The notes below the pieces were generated by a model that did no database searches, was not told the DNA's origin, and was given only the letters and a program-made list of their open reading frames with translations. Positions 34,947 to 43,327 of a stretch of 64,000 nt of DNA are shown in pieces. This DNA comes from an uncultured Gemmatimonadales bacterium. GTDB lineage: Bacteria; Gemmatimonadota; Gemmatimonadetes; Gemmatimonadales; GWC2-71-9. The translations under genes and the position numbers were made by a program. Location of the stretch: NCBI GenBank assembly GCA_963695555.1, contig CAVOGR010000001.1, forward strand, positions 544,001 to 608,000. The letters run 5' to 3'. How positions within the stretch are numbered: position 1 is the first letter of the stretch; every line of letters starts with the position of its first letter.

Positions 34947-36436
34947 GGCCGCCTCCCTGGCTCCGAGCCGATGTAGAACGCGAGGCCGAACGATGCCCTG
35001 AGCTGGTTCCAATCGGGCAAGCCGGATTCAGGGTCCCGGCGATCGTGGCGGTAGCGGTCCACCGCGCCCCACACCGTTCCGATCGGTGAATCGTATTTGA
35101 CGTTGCCGCCCACGCTCCAGACCCGGCCCTCGCCGACGCGGAACTCTCCCAGCTGCTGAAAGGCCGAGAATCGGGCACCGAGGCTGAGTTGGTCGAGCGG
35201 GCGGACATTCACCCGCGCCTCACCCGCGCTCAAGGCAGAGCCGAAGGTAAAGTCGAGATAATAGGACCCCTGCACGTCAACCTGCCTGGTGGCGCGCCAG
35301 TTAGCCGACGCTCCCGCTTTCCAGGTGCGGTCGGTCGTGACGATGAACGGGACCTCCGCCTCGGTGTCGGCATAGTCGCGTCGCTCGCCCTCCAGACGGA
35401 TCGAGAGATCGGACCGTGGTTGAATTCCCACTGCCAAGCCGTATCCGGTGTAGGGCACCGGACTGAAGGCGGCCCAGATGGTTTGCAGGTCGAATACCGG
35501 CCGGTAGCGGAACAGCCGCCCCTCGACGTACAGCTTGGAGATGGGCGACCATCCTACTGTCGCACCCGCCTTACCCCACCATCCCGTGCCCAGGTCGTAG
35601 TCTGCGTGGCCCTCGATCGATAGGTCACGGATGGGCCGGTAGGAGGCATCGACAGCGACCCGCTCCGACGCGATGGTGGAGCGGTTGGTTTGGATCTCCT
35701 TTTGGTAGATGGCCTCGATGGACCCGTTCGGGATCGGCCGCGCCGAGGCGCGGACACCGAACAGGTAGTTCCGGCGCCGCGGCTGGAATTCCTCGAGCGA
35801 GGCGAGGGCATCCGACGTGACCGGTTCTGCCAGGCCCCGCGCCAGGCCCCAGCCGCCGTAGGCCTCGAGCTCGATGCGGGCGGGCCGGAACCGCACCTCG
35901 GCCGACGCGCCGTCGTAGCCGTAGTACCCGAGGCCGCTCATCTGGAAGTCGCGTCCCAGGCGGAAGCGGTAGCGGTCTCGCTTGAGTTCCACGTAGCCCT
36001 GGATCAGGTCGAAATGGTCGTCCGAGCGGGGCCAGAACTCTTCGTCGCCCAGGGACGCACGAAGCCGGGTGCTCAGGTAGACCCTGAGGCCCTGGACGCC
36101 GAATCCCCATACCGAAAGGTCGAGGTCCTGCACCAGCGGGGCGGTCGAGACCACCTCGTCTGAGTCGTAGAAGAAGCAGTAGGCGGCCGCGGGCGCGCAG
36201 GTCACGAGCCGCCCGTTGAACGTGCTCCGCCCGCCCACCAGGGCCGTGTTGGCGATGGGCACGCTGTCGAGCCGGTACGGCCTGAGCTCGACGTACTGCG
36301 CCCGGGTGGAGGCGCGTCCGCGCCATTCCTGTGCGCGTGCGGGTGCGGGTGAGGAGGCCAGGATGGCGCCGAGAGATGCCAGGGCAACCAGAGCGGTGGT
36401 GGTCTTGTGGGTCCGAGTGACGACGGTCATTCGCAC
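34943..36436 (-). CDS. Outer-membrane beta-barrel protein, putative cytochrome-sheathing porin
   Basis: Signal peptide (ARA|Q); many amphipathic aromatic-rich beta-strands; lies between two multiheme cytochromes. Confidence 0.7.
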   Translation of the reverse strand: MRMTVVTRTHKTTTALVALASLGAILASSPAPARAQEWRGRASTRAQYVELRPYRLDSVPIANTALVGGRSTFNGRLVTCAPAAAYCFFYDSDEVVSTAPLVQDLDLSVWGFGVQGLRVYLSTRLRASLGDEEFWPRSDDHFDLIQGYVELKRDRYRFRLGRDFQMSGLGYYGYDGASAEVRFRPARIELEAYGGWGLARGLAEPVTSDALASLEEFQPRRRNYLFGVRASARPIPNGSIEAIYQKEIQTNRSTIASERVAVDASYRPIRDLSIEGHADYDLGTGWWGKAGATVGWSPISKLYVEGRLFRYRPVFDLQTIWAAFSPVPYTGYGLAVGIQPRSDLSIRLEGERRDYADTEAEVPFIVTTDRTWKAGASANWRATRQVDVQGSYYLDFTFGSALSAGEARVNVRPLDQLSLGARFSAFQQLGEFRVGEGRVWSVGGNVKYDSPIGTVWGAVDRYRHDRRDPESGLPDWNQLRASFGLAFYIGSEPGRRP

Positions 36437-36494
36437 GGGATCCTCCCGGAGACCGGGGCGCCGAAATTGAACTCGTCTCGACTATGATGATACA

Positions 36495-36529
36495 CACGAG
36501 CGGGCGGGAGTGAATCCCGCCCGCTCGTG
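36495..36529. terminator. 15-bp perfect stem-loop between lipoprotein cytochrome and porin genes
   Basis: CACGAGCGGGCGGGA-gtgaa-TCCCGCCCGCTCGTG; no U-tract. Confidence 0.55.
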
Positions 36530-36550
36530 CACTGCTTCAACTAGGCGACC

Positions 36551-38195
36551 CTAGCGGTTCCCCCTTGACCCGTGTCGTGTCGCCCTTCCCCCAGTCAGCG
36601 GATCCGCCGCACACCAGGCGGCATCGGACCCGCGACGTCGACGGTGAATCGGTACGCCGGGCAACATATAGGTCGACCTCACCTCGTTGATCGAGGCGAT
36701 GAGCAGGGCCTTCAGCAGGAACGGGTTGTGCACCCCTTCACCGCTGGCCTTGTGGGTGCCGATATGCTGGCCGAACACGTCGAAGCTTTCCCAGTTGTCC
36801 CTGGTATGGGTATAGGCCAGGAACGCGTTCCAGATCGCACCCTTCGCCACGGTCATCGGCGCCGATCCCGATGGATCGAATTGGGTCGAGTCGCCTTGGG
36901 CAACTACCTGCGGCAGGAGCCCCGCGTCGGTGGCGTCCATGACGTGGTTGGCATCAGTGTCAACCCACAGCTGGTCGAGCAGGAACTCCAGCTCTCTCGC
37001 GGAGCGTGCCGAACCGGGCTGCCATCTGGGCGTTGGTGGCGCCTACGTGGCACCCGGCACCGGTGCAGGCCACATACTGGCGCTGATTGTCGGCGCAGGT
37101 TCCGGTGGTCGGCAGGCCCTGTGCGTCGAGGCAGGGAATCGCCTCGAAGGTGTGGCCCACCGAGGTGAGCAGGAAGTCGCCCGTGGCCGCATCGGTCACG
37201 TCGAAGAAGTTGACGTGGCACGTGGCGCAGAGCTTGGTGTTGGCCGTGCTGCCGTGAGTCGAGGCGATCGAGTTGGTGTCATACACGAACCCGGTCGGGA
37301 TGTACCCCACGTTCTGGCCCAGCACCAGGAGACCCTGGGCGGCATGTGGCCCGTGCGAGGACCACGGTGTGCCTCTTCGCGAGTGGCAGGTGACGCAGAG
37401 GTGCTGGGTCGAGGCGACATTGATCGGCGCGCGCAGATTGGCATCATTGGGCGAGCCGTGCGGGTCGTGGCACACGATGCACACGATGTGCTCGGGCTGC
37501 CCGTTGTTCTTCTCGATATAGTTATCGGTCTCGAGGAACTTGACCGCCATCGCCGTCTTGCCCTCGTGGCACTCCATGCACGACGGCGTGGTGCTTGTGC
37601 CCGAGCTAACGGCCCAGGCGGGCGTCAGTGCGTGGGCCGACTCTTCCCACTGCTCCACGAACGGATGGTGCGCCCCTTCGTGGCATTCGCCGCATCCGGT
37701 GGTGAGGCCGGTGCTTACCGACATCGGCGCCAACGGCTGGGTGGCGTCCGGATCCTGAACGTGGTCATAGCCCGAGCCATGGCAGCTCTCGCACTGGACG
37801 TCCTCGTAGGCCTCGTCGGCTACCAGGTTGTAGCCGGCCGGCTGATCCAGGGCGTTGCCGAGCTCGCTGATGGTGTGGCAGCCCTCGCAGAATACCTGCG
37901 CGCCACCGCTCGACTGTAGGCCGGCCCACGCGTCCGCGTGGCCGGTCCGCTCCCACCCGGCCTGCTGCCCGACGTGGCAGTTGCCGCATGCGGTCAGCTT
38001 GGCGTCCTTGTCGAAGTAGCCCAGGAAGTTGAAGGTGGCATCAGGCGGCGGGTTGAAGATTTCCCGGTCGCGGAACACGACTTCCGTGTCGGTACAGGCG
38101 GCCAACACGGTCATCGCGCCCACGAAAGCCAGCGCGAGCCATACACCACGCGTCCGGCGCGGGGCATGTGTGATACGAACGAGTCTTGCTTTCAC
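36551..38195 (-). CDS. Lipoprotein multiheme cytochrome c (8 CXXCH + 1 CX4CH); frameshift ~36990, possibly another ~36650 (true stop may be 36595)
   Basis: GGAGGT RBS before GTG; LAAC lipobox; CGNCH, CEGCH, CESCH, CGECH, CMECH, CIVCH, CVTCH, CATCH, CTGAGCH; C-terminal GVHNP. Confidence 0.8.
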
Positions 38196-38522
38196 ATCCA
38201 CCTCCATTGCCATGGCCATTCAGGATTCCACCCGAATCGGGGGGAGACCCATTGAGGTGACCCTCATTGCACTTCGAAATCGGAGAACCGTACTCTGATA
38301 TGGGACTCAATCTGCAGCGGTCACCATGAAGAAGCCGTGAAACGCTGCGTAAAACTACGGACCTCTTCGACAGACGAAAAGGGAGATTAGAGTCCCTTAC
38401 GACAGTCTTCATGTTTTCTTCATGGTGTCGCAACGGTGCCAGCCGGATGTCCAGAAATGGCCGCGGGGCGTCCTGTACACAGGACGCCCCGCGGGTCGCT
38501 CAAATACGGTCCCGCTACAGGA

Positions 38523-38918
38523 TCAGGCGGGCTTGTGGCACACCGTACAGTCGGTATCGACGCGCCCCTTGTGATCGGCCGGCATGGCCTTCACATCGGG
38601 CACGGCCCCGGAGTGGCACATGGAGCACTTGTCGCGGCCCTCGAGAGCGTGAGGGATGGCCGTTGGGGCCTTGGTCAGCATGGCGGCGTCCGGCGCGTGG
38701 CACCACAGGCAGGTCTTGACCTCCAGGCCCTTGTGGCTTGCGGCCGGTGCGGCCGGGATGTCGGGCATGGCGCCCGAATGACACATGGAGCATTGATCCC
38801 GCCCCGCCAGGTCGTGATTCACGGCCGGCGGCTTGGCCGCCTGTGCCAAAGCGGGCACCACGCCCACGGTGAGCAAGAGGATCGCCCCGATTGGGACCAG
38901 ACGGAACAGGTTCTTCAT
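38523..38918 (-). CDS. Small periplasmic tetraheme cytochrome c (two tandem diheme repeats)
   Basis: Signal peptide; PPAVNH..GRDQCSMCH...H...CLWCH repeated as PTAIPH..GRDKCSMCH...H...CTVCH. Confidence 0.85.
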   Translation of the reverse strand: MKNLFRLVPIGAILLLTVGVVPALAQAAKPPAVNHDLAGRDQCSMCHSGAMPDIPAAPAASHKGLEVKTCLWCHAPDAAMLTKAPTAIPHALEGRDKCSMCHSGAVPDVKAMPADHKGRVDTDCTVCHKPA

Positions 38919-39009
38919 CGTGTCAGCCTCACTATCGAGAATCGGACGTCTACACGGCCACCGGAGCGAATCCGGCGCAGGCTCAAAGGTGTGAGCACGA
39001 AGTCTACTT

Positions 39010-39025
39010 TGCAAGGACCTTGCCA
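39010..39025 (-). promoter_or_regulatory. sigma54 (-24/-12) promoter TGGCAAGGTCCTTGCA
   Basis: TGGCA...TTGCA with exact GG-N10-GC spacing; intergenic, ~90 nt upstream of the tetraheme start. Confidence 0.7.
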
Positions 39026-39056
39026 GCCAGGCGGGCTTGTGCAATCCGCCGAGACT

Positions 39057-39096
39057 ACCCACCTACCTACCTACCTACCTACCTACCGACCGACCC
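39057..39096. repeat. Tetranucleotide microsatellite (ACCT)6 with degenerate ACCC/ACCG flanks
   Basis: ACCC (ACCT)6 (ACCG)2 ACCC read directly. Confidence 0.9.
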
Positions 39097-39102
39097 CCCG
39101 AC

Positions 39103-41244
39103 TCACTGCAGGACCGACCAGATCACCAGCACGATGAGGCTGATCCCGAGCGCCAACGCCATGAAGCCCAGGATGATCGACCACCCGTAGAAGACGGTCG
39201 ACGGGGGCTCGACTTCCAAACTCGCGAGCCGGCCCTCGGCCTTCAGCCGCTCGTATTCCAGCGGATGCTCCTCCTCCATGTACTGTTCGGTCGCGCTCCC
39301 GGTGAAGATGACGACGTCGATGGGAAATTTCTCCGGCCGGAGGTGCACGTTGAAGAAGTGGATAGTAAAGATGAAGCCGAGCGCCAAAAGGGCCTCGTCG
39401 CCATGCACGATGGTGGCGACGTTGAAGATCCACCCGGGGAAGAGCAGCGAGAAGAACTCGGGGAACCAGAGCAGGAGCCCCGAGCCCCCGATAATGGCAA
39501 CGCCCCAAAACACCGCCCAATAGTCGAACTTCTCCATATAGCTGAACCGATCGAATTTCGGCCGCGGACCGAGGCCCAAGAACCACCGGAACTGCTGCAC
39601 GATATCGAGGATGTCTTTCGGTTGCGGGACCATGGAGTTCGGTCCCCAGAGCAGGTCCTGCTTGTTCGTGCTCCGAAAGGCCCGGACCGTGAGGGTCGCG
39701 ATGTGGGTAAGGAAGTACCCGAACGTCAGAATGGCACAGAAGCGGTGGATGAACCCGGCGGTCTGGAAGCCCCCGATGGCCTTGACGAAGGTGCCCGCCC
39801 ACGGCGAGGACGAGAAGTGAAGTGGGATGCCGGTGATGACCAGCCCGAAGAACGACACGATGACGAACGCGTGGAGCGTGCGGTCGAGCACCGTGAACCG
39901 CTGGAGGTAGGGCCCGGGCCCCCGATGGGAGGCGCTGATGGCGCGCGTCACCCAGCGCCACGCCCAGGGCATGAGCGAGCGGCCCGATGATCGCATCCCG
40001 TCGATAGCCAGGCGCGTGAGCCAGAGCAGGGTGTGAAGCCCGAAGAAGCTGAACACCCCGACCAGGAGCGACGTCATCCCGAGCCAGGTCCAATACATCA
40101 AGGGATATCGGTTCCGCTGATGCTCGTCGGCGTGGGCGTGGTACCTGACGAAGTTCTGGTTGGCCTTCGGATGGCACCCGGAGCAGGTGGCCACCAGCTT
40201 GGTGGGGAACACCGACGATGCGGTGTCCGTGGCGGGCAGCATGTCGTGGGGTGTGTGGCAGTCGCTGCACTTGGCCGTCAGTCCGCCGCCCAACCGGGTC
40301 ACCTTGCCGTGGTAGGTCCCCAGGTAGGTCTCGAGCAATTCACCGTGGCACGACCCGCACTTGTCCGCCATGCCCAGGAACCAATCGGGCTGGTCCGCGC
40401 GTACCACCTCGTGTGAACTGTGGCACTCCACGCACACCGGAGCTTCTCGTCCCTCCGCGGTGCGGACGCCGGTCTCGTAGGCGGTGCCATGCGCCGACTG
40501 CATGTACACGTCGAGAATGCCGAGATGGCAGGCGCCGCAAGTCTCCGCGACGTTGGCGCGATTGACCGATGATTCAGCCGAGTCGGCCGGCAACACCTTG
40601 TGTGCCCGGTGGCAGTCGTTGCAGGTGGCTGAGACCAAGAGACCGGCGCGAGTGAGTGCGACCCCATGGACCGTGGTGTGGTATTGCGCCACGGCTTCGC
40701 GCGCCTGTGCTCCTTCCGGGCCCGAGAAATACGTCCCGATGATGTGCTCGTCGGCGTGACAGCTGCCGCAGAGCTCCGCCACATTCAGCGCGTGGGTCGG
40801 CGAGCGCCGGTCGTCGGCGCCGTACACGGTATGGGCGGCGTGACACGACACGCAGGTCGGGGTGTCGCCATTGGTGTCCACCGCATGGATGGACTCCGCC
40901 CAGTCGGCGCCCTGTGTTTCGTGACAGCCCGCGCACGGCACCGCCTTGGCAGGTGCCGCATGGGGAAACCCGGCGTCGAAGCCCGGATGGCAATCGGTAC
41001 AGGTCTGGCCGGCGTGCTTAGTGTCTCGGAGAATCGAGTCTGTGACGTAGAGAGTAGCCCGCTGGCCTAACTGCGGGACCTTCCCCATCAAGAACTGCCG
41101 GTCGCCATGGCACTTCTGGCAGTCGACCGACGAGGCCGGCCGGGCGCGGGCTTGGGCCCGAGGGGTCTGCGCTTCTATTCCATGGGACGTCACCACCAAG
41201 GCGCCGGCCAGGACGAGTAGCCGGGCGCCGTAGTGGCTGATCAT
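39103..41244 (-). CDS. CbcL-like fusion: 11-heme cytochrome c + FdnI/HydC-type diheme cytochrome b
   Basis: 11 CXXCH followed by TM helices; RTLHAF, FIHR, FDRFSYMEKFDYWAVFWG, HGDEALLA, HFFNVHLRPEKFP. Confidence 0.85.
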   Translation of the reverse strand: MISHYGARLLVLAGALVVTSHGIEAQTPRAQARARPASSVDCQKCHGDRQFLMGKVPQLGQRATLYVTDSILRDTKHAGQTCTDCHPGFDAGFPHAAPAKAVPCAGCHETQGADWAESIHAVDTNGDTPTCVSCHAAHTVYGADDRRSPTHALNVAELCGSCHADEHIIGTYFSGPEGAQAREAVAQYHTTVHGVALTRAGLLVSATCNDCHRAHKVLPADSAESSVNRANVAETCGACHLGILDVYMQSAHGTAYETGVRTAEGREAPVCVECHSSHEVVRADQPDWFLGMADKCGSCHGELLETYLGTYHGKVTRLGGGLTAKCSDCHTPHDMLPATDTASSVFPTKLVATCSGCHPKANQNFVRYHAHADEHQRNRYPLMYWTWLGMTSLLVGVFSFFGLHTLLWLTRLAIDGMRSSGRSLMPWAWRWVTRAISASHRGPGPYLQRFTVLDRTLHAFVIVSFFGLVITGIPLHFSSSPWAGTFVKAIGGFQTAGFIHRFCAILTFGYFLTHIATLTVRAFRSTNKQDLLWGPNSMVPQPKDILDIVQQFRWFLGLGPRPKFDRFSYMEKFDYWAVFWGVAIIGGSGLLLWFPEFFSLLFPGWIFNVATIVHGDEALLALGFIFTIHFFNVHLRPEKFPIDVVIFTGSATEQYMEEEHPLEYERLKAEGRLASLEVEPPSTVFYGWSIILGFMALALGISLIVLVIWSVLQ

Positions 41245-41257
41245 GCTGTGGAGCTGC

Positions 41258-43327
41258 TTACTGCCCAGTCGCACGGGTCGAGTCGGCAGCGGGCGCTGCC
41301 TGCGGCGCCATCCGGTGGCATCCATCGCACGGCAAGGGTGCGTTGTGGTCGACGCGATCGACGTGGCAGGTGGTGCAGACCTGCCGGCTCCATCCGGTCA
41401 GGTTCTTCACGGCCTCGCCGTGACATTGGACGCACGCCACGGTATGCGCGATCGCCTTCGTGTGTTTGGCCTTGACGCCGTCTTCCGGCCGGTGACAGTT
41501 GAGGCAGGTGGCCTTGGGTTGGTGATGCGAGTCGTGGCACGATTCGCAGTTGAGGTCCGTGGCCTTCATGCTCGGCGCCTTGTGGCAGGTAGCGCAGCTG
41601 AGGTCCGCGGTGAGATGGGTCTGATGCGGGAAGAGATCGCCGCCGGCCGTGGCGATCGTGCCCTCGGGCGCGCCGGAACCCCCCTGGTGGCACCGGGCGC
41701 AGTCCAGCGGTTGCGCCGCCGCGCGGTGATGACAGGACTGACAGTCGGCCGCCGACCCGAGCCGGGTCTTGCCGTGGTCCTCGATGGGTGTGTGGCAGGC
41801 CGTGCAGGCCAGACCGCCGCGCAGCACGTGCCGTTCGTGGCTGAACGATGTGCCCTTGAAGTCGACCGTCTTCCGTTCCGTGCCCAGGTGGCATTGCAGG
41901 CAGACGTTGGCGGTCACCGACGGTCCGAGGTCCACCGTGGGCACTGTGTAGGGCAGCCGGCCGGCAGTGACTGCCTGGCGCACAAACTGAAGCGTCTGGC
42001 GCAACAGTTCGTCCGCGAAGGCGATGTTGTGTGCCCCTTTGCCGTCCTGCACCAGCGCGACGTTGTCGTCCGCCAATTGGAAGAGCGAGTCGACCGCGGC
42101 CCGGGTCCGGACCGACGCGGCACCGCGCGTGCCCTTGGCACTTCGCACGACGCTGGCCACCCGGTCCACCTTCCGGTTCATCTCCTTCTGCCAGGCGGGC
42201 AGGATGTTGGCGTAGCGGGTCCCGTGGCATGACAAGCACGCCGCTTCCCCAGCCATCGAGACCTGCTCGTGTCCCTTCACCTGGGTCGTCAGCTCGTGGC
42301 ACCCCTTGCACGACACGTTGGCCAAGTACATCGAGCTCGGCATGGCCTCGGTGCCGTGACCACCGATTCCGGCATAGAGCTTCCGCTGCTGATCGTGCGT
42401 TTGTTTGTGGCACGAGCGGCAGTCGAGGTCGAAGGTCTCGCTGTGAGACAAGACCCGGTGTTCGATCGGGAGGTGGCACTGGGCGCACTCGACGTTGTGC
42501 TCCGCGATATGGATCTGGTGCATCACCGTCGTATTGCCGAACTGCTCGATCCGCTCGGGTTCGTTGTGGCAAATGAAGCAGCGCGACTGCTCGGCCGTGC
42601 CCAAGCCATCCGTGACGTTGTCGTGGCAGGACACACACGAAACCAGGTCGCGGACGTAATCCTCGTGATCGACGGTGAAACCGGCCGGCGACACCACCCG
42701 CGGCGGTGTCGGATGGCACCCGACGCAACCGCCGATGGGGTCGCCGGCCGGGCGGCCCTTGAAGTGGCAGAGGAAGCAGGTGGAGGCCGTCACGGTGAGG
42801 TGTTGGCCCTGCACGATCTGCGAGTGGCAGCTGGTGCAGCGGAGGTCCTTCCCCCGCCTGAGCTCGCCGAGATGAGACGAGTGGTCGAAGCGGACGCCCT
42901 CGAAGCTGACCTCCCCTTCCAACTGACGGGTCACATGGCAGCCTGAGCGGAGACACGCGGCGTCTTCGATCTCGGCCCACGGCCTGAGGCCGTAGGTGCC
43001 CGTCACGTATTTCACGACTTGATTTGCCGCCTGGAGTTTGCCCATGGCCTCCGCTTTGATGCCGGGCGCGTAATGGCACTGGATGCATGGCACGAAGTTG
43101 TGGGAGGACGTCTTCCAGGACTCGTAGTACGGGACCATGTTGTGGCAGTTGTTGCAGAAGCCCGGCTGCGCGCTGTACTCCACGAAGCCGACCGTTCCCA
43201 CGCCTGCAAGGATGACCAGCAGAATGCCAAACTGAATGGCCAGGCGCAGCGGGCGGGCGCGGAATATGGCCGACAGCCCGCGAGCGCTGGAACTCACCTT
43301 CTCCTGGGGTTCGTCAGGCGTGGTCAT
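41258..43327 (-). CDS. Membrane-anchored NapC/NirT-like multiheme cytochrome (21 CXXCH + 1 CX4CH)
   Basis: N-terminal TM, YS.QPGFCNNCHNM.PYYESWKTSSH..VPCIQCH (NapC/NirT-like start), then cytochrome c3/c7-like F.H..H modules. Confidence 0.85.
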   Translation of the reverse strand: MTTPDEPQEKVSSSARGLSAIFRARPLRLAIQFGILLVILAGVGTVGFVEYSAQPGFCNNCHNMVPYYESWKTSSHNFVPCIQCHYAPGIKAEAMGKLQAANQVVKYVTGTYGLRPWAEIEDAACLRSGCHVTRQLEGEVSFEGVRFDHSSHLGELRRGKDLRCTSCHSQIVQGQHLTVTASTCFLCHFKGRPAGDPIGGCVGCHPTPPRVVSPAGFTVDHEDYVRDLVSCVSCHDNVTDGLGTAEQSRCFICHNEPERIEQFGNTTVMHQIHIAEHNVECAQCHLPIEHRVLSHSETFDLDCRSCHKQTHDQQRKLYAGIGGHGTEAMPSSMYLANVSCKGCHELTTQVKGHEQVSMAGEAACLSCHGTRYANILPAWQKEMNRKVDRVASVVRSAKGTRGAASVRTRAAVDSLFQLADDNVALVQDGKGAHNIAFADELLRQTLQFVRQAVTAGRLPYTVPTVDLGPSVTANVCLQCHLGTERKTVDFKGTSFSHERHVLRGGLACTACHTPIEDHGKTRLGSAADCQSCHHRAAAQPLDCARCHQGGSGAPEGTIATAGGDLFPHQTHLTADLSCATCHKAPSMKATDLNCESCHDSHHQPKATCLNCHRPEDGVKAKHTKAIAHTVACVQCHGEAVKNLTGWSRQVCTTCHVDRVDHNAPLPCDGCHRMAPQAAPAADSTRATGQ

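Noticed and set aside
33492..36436. Naming these genes mtrA/mtrB
   Set aside because: The heme count (16), doubled-motif spacing and barrel length do not match MtrA/MtrB; homology cannot be shown without a search.
36551..38195. Call as NrfA/octaheme nitrite reductase
   Set aside because: No CXXCK catalytic heme motif, and the context is a porin-cytochrome cluster.
38252..38267. TTGAG-N6-CTCAT palindrome as an FNR/CRP site
   Set aside because: Matches neither consensus well and occurs once; too short to support.
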